NCBI GenBank assembly: GCA_963662335.2
Contig: CAXXVD010000002.1
Location: 672,001-736,000 of the forward strand
DNA from: Chloroflexota bacterium
GTDB lineage: Bacteria > Chloroflexota > UBA11872 > VXOZ01
DNA length: 64,000 bases
Direction: 5' to 3'
Shown: in pieces, positions 35,285 to 43,218 of the stretch
Numbering within the stretch: position 1 is the stretch's first letter
How the letters are laid out: the number at the start of each line of letters is the position of its first letter
Position numbers and translations under genes: made by a program
The notes under the pieces: generated by a model
Told to the model about the DNA's origin: nothing
The model's input: only the letters and a program-made list of their open reading frames with translations
Database searches by the model: none

Positions 35285-35536
35285 TCATAGTAGGAATTCA
35301 ACGTCATTCGGCCTCTCACCGATGAAGTGGACGGCAATATCGCTAGGCGCGCGTCCCTGCGCTTGCAGTTGCCACAGCGCCTCGTAGACGGCGATCCGGT
35401 CCTGGTCGTGCGCAAGCACGACGCCGCGTATTATCTGAAGCATCGGCGTCAAGTCTGGATCGCCAACCAGCACCCACTCGCGGTCAAAGGCCGCTTCCAT
35501 CTCGGCGTAGGTCATAACGGTTGCTTGCGTCTTCAT
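35285..35536 (-). CDS. DUF5678-like small protein (A4)
   Basis: MKTQATVMTYAEMEAAFDREWVLVG...NDVEFLL with AAGGAG RBS. Confidence 0.75.
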   Translation of the reverse strand: MKTQATVMTYAEMEAAFDREWVLVGDPDLTPMLQIIRGVVLAHDQDRIAVYEALWQLQAQGRAPSDIAVHFIGERPNDVEFLL

Positions 35537-35667
35537 GGTATGGCCGCTCCTTATGCGCTCCCTGCGATAGTAGCAGAGATTCTGCTCTACTGTGGGCTTG
35601 GGTGGCCCACGAGCCAGCAATGGCCCCTGGATGCCGAACGCCGCTTTTGCAGCTGCCATAGGCCCAT

Positions 35668-36051
35668 TCAATCCAGCGAAAGTAGACCCGCGCGAAAGTC
35701 GATGGTCAAGCGGCCGCCACGTAGGAAATCTAACCCTAACACGCCGTCGATGGCAGTTTGCGAAGGGAGGGTGTGGCAGAGAATGCGCGCGTCGGTTGCT
35801 TCCTTGCCGAGCGCCTCGATCTTCTCAATCTCCAGCATGGGTACGGACAAAGCGCCGCTCCCCGTGAGGATTCGGGCCCGGTCGCGCGCACGAGACGGCT
35901 CGTAGCCCAAGGAAATTGCGACTGAACTGCTTATCAGCGTGCGCGTAGCGCCGGTGTCCAGCGCCAGTCGCAAGACCTCAACACGACCGCCGCGGTAGAG
36001 CCGGGCCGGAACGACGATGAGATGGGCGCGTGGATTGAAACGGAACGTCAT
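35668..36051 (-). CDS. Retropepsin-like aspartic protease (P2)
   Basis: LDTGATRT, ILTGSG flap and IDGVLGLDFL. Confidence 0.85.
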   Translation of the reverse strand: MTFRFNPRAHLIVVPARLYRGGRVEVLRLALDTGATRTLISSSVAISLGYEPSRARDRARILTGSGALSVPMLEIEKIEALGKEATDARILCHTLPSQTAIDGVLGLDFLRGGRLTIDFRAGLLSLD

Positions 36052-36299
36052 AGGAGGAAATCAACATCATCCGGCGCCTCGCCAAAGTACCACACGGCGA
36101 ATTCATTGGGCGCAATTCCGGCTTCTTGCAAGCGCCACAGCGCCTCATACACGGCTTCCCGGTTCCCGTCATGGGCGAGCACGGCGCCGCTGATGATCTC
36201 CAGCATAGGAGTGAGATCCGGCTCGCCAACCAGCACCCACTCGCCGTCGTAGGCCGCTTCCATTTCGGCGTAGGTCATGACGGTTGCTTGGGTCTTCAT
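36048..36299 (-). CDS. DUF5678-like small protein (A3)
   Basis: MKTQATVMTYAEMEAAYDGEWVLVG...DDVDFLL. Confidence 0.75.
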   Translation of the reverse strand: MKTQATVMTYAEMEAAYDGEWVLVGEPDLTPMLEIISGAVLAHDGNREAVYEALWRLQEAGIAPNEFAVWYFGEAPDDVDFLL

Positions 36300-36434
36300 G
36301 GTACGGTCGCTCCTTACTTCCTCAACTAGGATTGCAGCGGTTGCTGCTGTCGCCCGTAACTTCCAATTGTAGTCCAAGAATTGTGTCGGGCACGATCATA
36401 GGGCCTATGCGGAGGGTTAGTGGTTTCAGTCAAT

Positions 36435-36671
36435 CTACAACACGAAGTGCAAGTCTGCCGGCGGCGCGCCGATGTAGAGAATTGCGACGCGACTGAGATC
36501 GCGCTGAGCTGCTTCGCGGTACACTGCTTCCCGGCTCTTGCTGTGGGCCAACACGGTGCCGCGAATTATCCCGTTCATGTCGGTGAGTTCGGGGTCGTCG
36601 ATCAGCACCCACTCGCCGTCATAGGCCGCTTCCATCTCAGCGTAAGTCATCATGGTTGATTGCGTCTTCAT
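36435..36671 (-). CDS. DUF5678-like small protein (A2)
   Basis: MTYAEMEAAYDGEWVLID...LAHSKSREAVY...DLHFVL. Confidence 0.75.
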   Translation of the reverse strand: MKTQSTMMTYAEMEAAYDGEWVLIDDPELTDMNGIIRGTVLAHSKSREAVYREAAQRDLSRVAILYIGAPPADLHFVL

Positions 36672-36745
36672 TCAATCGTGCTCCTTATGTCCTCGTTTGG
36701 ATGATAGCAGACAGTCCACCATTTGTGCGGCTGCCATTGGGCCAT

Positions 36746-37129
36746 TCAATCTAGCGAAAGTGCGCCTGCGCGAAAGTCGATGAGCAGCCTTCCCCCGCGC
36801 AGGAAATCCAATCCCAACACGCCGTCTATGGCAGTGCGAGGCGGTAGCGTATGGCACAGAATCGAAAAGTCGGATTCCGCTTTTCCCAAGGCGTGGACGC
36901 TCGCTAGGCTTACCTCCAGCACCGACTCTAGGCCGCTGCCAGTAGTTATCTCCGCCGGTGTTCCTTCCTCGTCTAGTTGGCATCCAACATATTCGAGCGC
37001 ACTGCGCTTGACTACTGTTGCGGTAGCTCCGGTGTCAAGAGCGAGTTCGACTGTTACTTCTCGTTGCGGCCCGTAGAGGGTGACAGGTACGACGATTAGG
37101 CCGTCGCGGGGGTTGAAAGAGTAGGCCAT
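36746..37129 (-). CDS. Retropepsin-like aspartic protease (P1)
   Basis: LDTGATAT, ITTGSG and IDGVLGLDFL. Confidence 0.85.
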   Translation of the reverse strand: MAYSFNPRDGLIVVPVTLYGPQREVTVELALDTGATATVVKRSALEYVGCQLDEEGTPAEITTGSGLESVLEVSLASVHALGKAESDFSILCHTLPPRTAIDGVLGLDFLRGGRLLIDFRAGALSLD

Positions 37130-37130
37130 T

Positions 37131-37367
37131 CTACAAGAGAAAGTCTACGTCTGTCGGGCGGGCGCCCATGTAGAGAATGGCCGCCCGCTTTTGGCTGCGC
37201 CTCATTGCTTCGCGGTACACGGCATCCTGGCTCTTGCTATGGAAGAGCACCGTGCCTCGGCGCACCTCATTCATCGCCGAAAGCTCGGGTTCGCCAATCA
37301 GTACCCACTCGCCGTCGTAGGCGGCTTCCATCTCAGCGTAGGTCATTACGGCCGTTTCTGTCGCCAT
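37131..37367 (-). CDS. DUF5678-like small protein (A1)
   Basis: MATETAVMTYAEMEAAYDGEWVLIG...TDVDFLL with GGAGG RBS. Confidence 0.75.
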   Translation of the reverse strand: MATETAVMTYAEMEAAYDGEWVLIGEPELSAMNEVRRGTVLFHSKSQDAVYREAMRRSQKRAAILYMGARPTDVDFLL

Positions 37368-37664
37368 GGCGGATTTCCTCCTTCGTGTAGTCTCGTTAAT
37401 GCTATCAGATAGGACGCGGCGCGTGCGCGCCGGCCGCCAAAATTGGAAAGCCGTGCGCTCCGGGCGCAGATTGACTGGTCTGTGCAACACTAATAGCGCT
37501 CGCCGGATTGAGCCTGGCACACACGCGCCGCGGCCACGGGACCGGCCGCCGCTTTGCTATACTGGCCGGGTGGAATAGCCGCGCCCGTGCGGCCCGACGC
37601 CGGTCCAAGTAACGGAACACCGGGTCCCCCCGCACCGGCTATGAAGAACAAGAGGAGACGAACC

Positions 37665-38705
37665 ATGCGCATCCAAAGCAACTTACGTGTGCTACTGGCG
37701 GCAATCGCGGCCGTTGTCTTGGCCGTGGGCTGTATGCAGGCGCCGCCGCGGGACCAGGATGAGCCGGCGGCGCAGCCGGAAGCCATCATCTTCAACGACC
37801 TCAACTGGGATAGCGCCCGCGTGCAGAACCGCATCGCGCAGTACATCGTGGAAAAGGGCTACGGCTACGCCACCGGCGTGGTGGCCGGGCCGTCGGTGCC
37901 GTTGCTGGAGGGTCTCCGGCGGGGCGAGAGCCACGTGACGATGGAAGTCTGGCTGCCAAACCAGAGTGAGGCCTGGGAAGCGGCGGTGGCGGCGGGAGAA
38001 GCGGCGGCCGTGGGCGAGAGCCTGCAAGGCATCGCGCAGGCCACGTTCATGATCCCGGCGTATCTCCAGGAAGCATATCCGGAGCTAGACAGTGTTGAGG
38101 ACTTGAAAGAGGAGCAATATCGAGCACTGTTCGCCACTGCGGAGAGCGAGGGCAAGATTCGCCTGCTAACCTGTCCGCCCGGCTGGGCCTGCGAGGCCGT
38201 GAACGCGGCGAAAGTGGCGGGCTACGGGCTGAGCGACCACGTGCAGATCGTCGTGCCGGAATCCGATGCGGCATTGAACGATGAGGTGTTTGCCCGCTAC
38301 GCGGCCGGCGAACCGTGGCTTGGCTACCTTTCCGGTGAAATGCCCGCCGCGCTCAAGTTGGACATGGTCGCGCTGCAAGAACCGCCCTACAGCGACGAGT
38401 GCTGGGCCTCGACCAAGGCCTGCGCGTATGAGGATACGACGCTGGTGATTGGGGTCGGCGCCGCCCTGCTTAGCGACGCGCCGGACGTGGTGGCCGTGCT
38501 GCAAAACTGGGACCTGAGCATCGAGCGCTACCGCGCCGTGGCGGTCTGGCAGATCGACAACGAGGCCAGTGTGGAGGAGACCGCTCTCTGGTGGCTGCAA
38601 AACAACGGTGACGTTTGGCGCGAATGGGTCACGGCGGAAGCGGCAACCGCCATCCAGGCCGCCTTGGACGCCGGCGAGCGCGCGGACGGCTGGCCGGCGG
38701 AGTAG
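37665..38705 (+). CDS. Glycine betaine/proline ABC substrate-binding lipoprotein (ProX/OpuAC family)
   Basis: AVGC lipobox, LNWDS, MEVWLPN and CPPGWAC. Confidence 0.85.
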   Translation: MRIQSNLRVLLAAIAAVVLAVGCMQAPPRDQDEPAAQPEAIIFNDLNWDSARVQNRIAQYIVEKGYGYATGVVAGPSVPLLEGLRRGESHVTMEVWLPNQSEAWEAAVAAGEAAAVGESLQGIAQATFMIPAYLQEAYPELDSVEDLKEEQYRALFATAESEGKIRLLTCPPGWACEAVNAAKVAGYGLSDHVQIVVPESDAALNDEVFARYAAGEPWLGYLSGEMPAALKLDMVALQEPPYSDECWASTKACAYEDTTLVIGVGAALLSDAPDVVAVLQNWDLSIERYRAVAVWQIDNEASVEETALWWLQNNGDVWREWVTAEAATAIQAALDAGERADGWPAE

Positions 38706-38842
38706 CCCGGCATTCCCTCTCCTGGGGAGAGGGTTAGAGCGAGGGGGATTGAGCAGAAGCAAGCGTGTTGACAACATTGCTGCGCTACCGCTATAACAGG
38801 GAATGACGTACAGTCTTGCCAGACCACAGGAGGGATAGCGAA

Positions 38843-40216
38843 ATGCGACAGCGTGTGACCCGACGAGGATTCTTGTATGGCGCGGCGCTGGTCGGCGGCG
38901 GCGCGCTGGCGGCGGCGTGCGGACAAGCGGCGCCGGCCGCCGAGCAGGCGGAGGCCGCCCCGGAGCAGGCCGACGCGCCCAAAGCCGAAACCGAAGCGCC
39001 CAGCGGCCCGCAAGGCGAGGCGCTCTACTGGCACCGCGGCTTCTTCGACTTCGAGCCGTGGGCCAAGGAGTTTGCGGAGCTGAACCCCGGCTTGACGCTC
39101 AACGCCGTGGGTGAAGCCGACCGCCTGAACAAATTCGTCGCGGCCGTGGCGGCGGGCAGCCCGCCCGACGCCGTGGACGTAGGCGACTGGCAGACCGTAG
39201 AGCTTGGCGTCACGGACATTTCGCAGCCGCTGAACAACTACTACAAGGCGTCCGGCGTGCTCAACCTCGCCGAGTTTTGGCCCAGCGTGCTCAGCTACCT
39301 CAACGACGCGCCCACGGGCAACATGTACGGCGCGCCCTACGCGCCCGACCTGCGCGTGATGTACATCCACGGGGACACCTATCTGGAAGTGGGACTTGAC
39401 CCGGAAAATCCCCCAACGAGTTGGGCCGACTTCGACACCGCCATCATCCAGACCACCAAGTTCGACGGCGAGACCCTGGTGCGCGCCGGCTGCCCGCCCT
39501 TCTGGGGCAGCGGCGGCACGGGCCTGTGGCTGCTGCTGCTGTGGCAGTTGGGCGGCGACGTGATGGCCGACGACTGGTCCGCGGTTACCATCAATAGCCA
39601 GGAAGCGGTGCGCGCGTTGGACTGGCTGAAGAACATCCACGAGGTGCAGGGCGGTTGGGACGCGATTGCGCAACTGCGCGGCGACGGCCTGCACCGCAAC
39701 AGCCACCTGGCCGAGGCGCGCGCCGTGCACTACTACGCCACCTTTGCCGAGCGCGGCCAGTGGTTCAAGGAGAACGCCCCGGACTTGAACTTCGGCTTCA
39801 CGCCGTGGCCCAAACCGGAAGGCGGCCTGGACGCCAACCTGGGCGGCAACCACACGGCCACGTTTGCCATCAACGCGCCGAACCCGGACGCGATGTTCGC
39901 CTATTTCGAGTACTTCTTGAGCGCCGACACCAACCTGCGCTTTGCCAAGCAGTACGACCGGGTGCCGGTGCGCGAGGCGACCACCTCCTCGCCGGATTAC
40001 ACGGAGAATGACCCGTTCCGCGAACTGATCGCCCAGCAGATGCCGTTCCGCCACTTCTACTATTCCGGGCCGGGCGGCACCGAGGCGCGCAGACACGCGG
40101 TGGGCTTCGTGCCGGACGTGATGGCGGGCACTATCACCGCGCCGGAGGCGCTGGCAGCCGCTGAAAAGTCAATCACGGAACTGCTGGCCGGCTGGAACGA
40201 ACGGCTGGGCCGGTAG
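38843..40216 (+). CDS. ABC transporter sugar-type substrate-binding lipoprotein (Tat)
   Basis: TRRGFL, AAAC lipobox, AAGSPPD and PPTSWADF. Confidence 0.85.
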   Translation: MRQRVTRRGFLYGAALVGGGALAAACGQAAPAAEQAEAAPEQADAPKAETEAPSGPQGEALYWHRGFFDFEPWAKEFAELNPGLTLNAVGEADRLNKFVAAVAAGSPPDAVDVGDWQTVELGVTDISQPLNNYYKASGVLNLAEFWPSVLSYLNDAPTGNMYGAPYAPDLRVMYIHGDTYLEVGLDPENPPTSWADFDTAIIQTTKFDGETLVRAGCPPFWGSGGTGLWLLLLWQLGGDVMADDWSAVTINSQEAVRALDWLKNIHEVQGGWDAIAQLRGDGLHRNSHLAEARAVHYYATFAERGQWFKENAPDLNFGFTPWPKPEGGLDANLGGNHTATFAINAPNPDAMFAYFEYFLSADTNLRFAKQYDRVPVREATTSSPDYTENDPFRELIAQQMPFRHFYYSGPGGTEARRHAVGFVPDVMAGTITAPEALAAAEKSITELLAGWNERLGR

Positions 40217-40266
40217 CGACCGGGCCGGACGTTCGTCTGCGGCCAAAGCGCGCGTAGAACAGAACC

Positions 40267-40425
40267 GTAGGGGCAGCCCTTGTGGCTGCCCCTATTGCAC
40301 TAGGCCTTGTGCCAGGAATCCAAGAGGGCAGCCACAAGGGCTGCCCCTACTTCACTAGGCCTTGTGCCAAGGCGCCAAGACGGGCAGCCACAAGGGCTGC
40401 CCCTACCGCACTGCACTAGGCCTGT
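40267..40425. repeat. Three GTAG-type REPs (GTAGGGGCAGCCCTTGTGGCTGCCC) between convergent genes
   Basis: One forward and two reverse copies with cactaggcct linkers. Confidence 0.85.
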
Positions 40426-40431
40426 CGCGCG

Positions 40432-40848
40432 CTATGAGAACGACACGCACGCGGCGCCCACCGCGCGCAGCACCGTTTCCTGGCCGAAGCGGGTCTCGTA
40501 TGCCTGCGAAATCTCGTCGGTCAAGCGCATGCCTTCTTCACCGGGCGGCGCGAGTATGATCAGCACCTTAGTGCGCTCGCGTTGGACGACGCCGGCGGAG
40601 TCCCGCCACTGGCCGGCGCCGTCGACCACGGTCAGCCCATCGGGAAATCTGGGCGTGACCGTGTCCGCCAGGAAGGCGGCCCAGGCTTCGTCGCTCACCA
40701 CCTCCACGCCGGCGCTGCTGCGCCCGAAGAAGAGCCGGTATTCGGTAAAGGCGTCCGTGCCCTCCGGGCAGGCGGACACCGGGTACGCGCCGCACCCCGC
40801 GAGCAGGAAGACGGCGATCAACACCAGGGCGGATTGCAATGTACGCAC
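40432..40848 (-). CDS. DUF3574 family lipoprotein
   Basis: LAGC lipobox, LFFGR, VTPRFPDGLTVVDGAGQWR and FGQETV. Confidence 0.85.
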   Translation of the reverse strand: MRTLQSALVLIAVFLLAGCGAYPVSACPEGTDAFTEYRLFFGRSSAGVEVVSDEAWAAFLADTVTPRFPDGLTVVDGAGQWRDSAGVVQRERTKVLIILAPPGEEGMRLTDEISQAYETRFGQETVLRAVGAACVSFS

Positions 40849-41072
40849 AAGCCATTCTCCAATGCATTCGCTGCCGGCTCGGTCCGACACTGGGGCACAA
40901 TCACCGACCGTAGGACGGTTCTAGACGCGCATCGTGCCCGGTATCGCGGGCGCGCGGTTCACAAAGCGCGCATGAAATTCCGTAGTGACCGCAGGCGGCC
41001 GGGCGTATCGCCGCGACGCTGTTCGATTCCCTAATACGAAAGTCCGCAATTGTGCCTGCACACAGTATACTA

Positions 41073-41160
41073 CGGCTTCAGCCGCCGCCTTCGGCTCCAG
41101 CCGCCGCCTTCGGCTCCAGCCGCCGCCTTCGGCTCCAGCCGCCGCCTTCGGCTCTAGCCG
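41073..41160. repeat. 19-bp tandem repeat, about 4.6 copies
   Basis: Unit CGGCTCCAGCCGCCGCCTT. Each unit contains the mini-hairpin CGGCT-nn-AGCCG. Confidence 0.9.
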
Positions 41161-41295
41161 ACGCACGCGGGCGCGGTCGGTTAGGCTATAATGACGCCGT
41201 CAGGGATGGCGGCAGCGGCGCGCGCGAGCCGAACCGGCCGTCGCGATCGCATCGATTGGCAGATAGAGATTTACGCCTGAGGGGAACCGGCGACA

Positions 41296-43050
41296 ATGGC
41301 CGTAGCCGAACAGAGCGTCCCACTGAGCGCCGTCGTCGTGCGTGTGTTCAGCCCCGAATTCCTATCCAGTCTCATCGACCGTGTCCTGGCGCATCGCGCC
41401 CGGGCGTCCGGCGGCGTGCGCAAGGGACTGGACGCGGCAATCGACGAGAGCATCGAGTTGCGCGGCTTTAGCAAGCATCCCAGCAAGGCGCAGCCGGCGC
41501 GGCTCAAGGAGCCCCTGGTCGTGCAGGTGATGAAAGGCAACGACAGGCTTACCGGCGAGGTGCTGCGGACGTGGGCGGAATCGCACAAGGAACTGCAGGC
41601 GCGCGTGGAGGGCCACTTGAAGAGCCTGGGCGCGCCGGTGGACGGCCCCAACCGGCGGGACGGCGTCTTCAACGCCATCTGGACGCGGGCGGAGTGGAGT
41701 GAAGCGGTTGGCACGCTCTCCGATGTAGACCCCAGTATCGATTCTGACGACGTCGGCATGATGGTGTGCTACGTGTCCGGCATGGCAGTAGCGCCCGCGG
41801 TGACGTCTCCCTTGCTCTCCTCCTGCCTCGACCGACTGGAGGAACTGCCGGCCAGCGCCCCGGATTGGGAAGAGATCGACGCCTTCGTACGCAGTGTCCG
41901 GGAGTTGGAGAAGGACGTTGCTATCGAACGGGCCGAGTTCTTCGCCGAGAGATTTCACGATACCCTCGACAACATACAGACGAACTTCGCGGACGAATTG
42001 GAGTACTTGGAAGTGGACGTCGGCGCGTGGGCGGGACAGGCCGCCGGTAGCTCGGTCGCCGTCGTCGTCGCGTTGGACGTGGTGGAGGAGTTAAGGCTCA
42101 GCCTCTTGGAATACTGCAACATTCGCCCGCAAGCCGCGACCAAGAAGGAAGAGGAGACGCGGGCCAAGGCGCGGGCGGAGCGCGAGGCAGCCATCTTCGC
42201 GCTCGTCGCCAAGTGGGAACGCACACTTGCAAACGCTGAAGCAAACGGCAATAGCGAAGCCGCCGGGACTGCCGGCCAGAACGATGCGCCGGCAGACGCG
42301 GAGGCTGGCGCAACGAACGGCCAAGACGCCGCGGCCCAGAGCGCGCCGGCGCCGCAAACGCGGGAAGAACAGGAAGAGCACGAGGCCCTGCGCGCCGACC
42401 TGGAGCGGCTGGAAGGCGAGCGCGGGTGGTTCCGGGATGAGATCGACCGGCTGCAAACGGAGCGGGACCGGCTGGCCCAGGCGAACACGGGTCTGGCAGC
42501 GGAGAAAGAGTCGCTGGGCGCCGAGATCGGCGATTTGCGGGCCAAGTTCGCGCAGAGCCGGGACCTGGGCAAGTATTGGCGGCGCTTCTACACGGCGTTC
42601 GCACAGGTGGGCAACGTCGATGAGGCGGTTGCGCGCGCGGAGGAACTCTTCCCCAAGCAACTGCTGTTCGCGCTCAATTCCAAGTCGAACAGAGATATCC
42701 CGTTCCAGAAGCCGGCCGAGGCGCTGGCCGCATTTGTGTGGCTTGCCACGGACTACCATCACGTGCGCTGGGTGAAGCCCGGCGAGGATCCGGGCTTCGA
42801 CGAACGCCTGCGGAAATTCTGTCCCGGCTGGAAGTACCGGCCGCATCAGTCGAACGTTACCAAGCAACAGTTCGCGGATTGGTACACGACCAGGTACGAG
42901 GGCCGGCCCTACGAAATCGGCGAGCACTTGACCAAGGGCAACAGCCGCAACCCGCAGAATACGATCCGGATCGCGTTCGCCTGGGACGACGAACGCAGCC
43001 AGGTAGTCGTGGGCTACGTGGGCCTGCACCAGCGGAACCGCGGCTCCTGA
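41296..43050 (+). CDS. Hypothetical coiled-coil protein with C-terminal putative RelE-like nuclease domain
   Basis: Helical N-terminus, coiled coil, then EHLTKGNSRNPQNTIRIAFAWDDERSQVVVGYVGLHQRN. Confidence 0.6.
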   Translation: MAVAEQSVPLSAVVVRVFSPEFLSSLIDRVLAHRARASGGVRKGLDAAIDESIELRGFSKHPSKAQPARLKEPLVVQVMKGNDRLTGEVLRTWAESHKELQARVEGHLKSLGAPVDGPNRRDGVFNAIWTRAEWSEAVGTLSDVDPSIDSDDVGMMVCYVSGMAVAPAVTSPLLSSCLDRLEELPASAPDWEEIDAFVRSVRELEKDVAIERAEFFAERFHDTLDNIQTNFADELEYLEVDVGAWAGQAAGSSVAVVVALDVVEELRLSLLEYCNIRPQAATKKEEETRAKARAEREAAIFALVAKWERTLANAEANGNSEAAGTAGQNDAPADAEAGATNGQDAAAQSAPAPQTREEQEEHEALRADLERLEGERGWFRDEIDRLQTERDRLAQANTGLAAEKESLGAEIGDLRAKFAQSRDLGKYWRRFYTAFAQVGNVDEAVARAEELFPKQLLFALNSKSNRDIPFQKPAEALAAFVWLATDYHHVRWVKPGEDPGFDERLRKFCPGWKYRPHQSNVTKQQFADWYTTRYEGRPYEIGEHLTKGNSRNPQNTIRIAFAWDDERSQVVVGYVGLHQRNRGS

Positions 43051-43218
43051 AACGGGTTGCGCGGGCGCGAACGGCGCCGAGCCGGGTCACGCGCAGGCCG
43101 TTCGCGCTACGAGAGATAGAGCGGCGGAGCGCGTCAATCCCGTGACACGGGGCGGGAATGACGGTTAGGTGCTTGACCAGGCGGTTTGTAGCGCGGCCAA
43201 TAGGAGAGAGCGACCCGT

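Noticed and set aside
34980-37135. Gag-Pro-like programmed frameshift fusing partner and protease
   Set aside because: No slippery heptamer at the junctions, the relative frame differs between pairs (ATGA overlap vs 1-bp gap), and each protease has its own ATG.
34605-37367. Integron cassette array or retroelement
   Set aside because: No attC-like sites, integrase or reverse transcriptase. The units are paralogous, consistent with tandem duplication.
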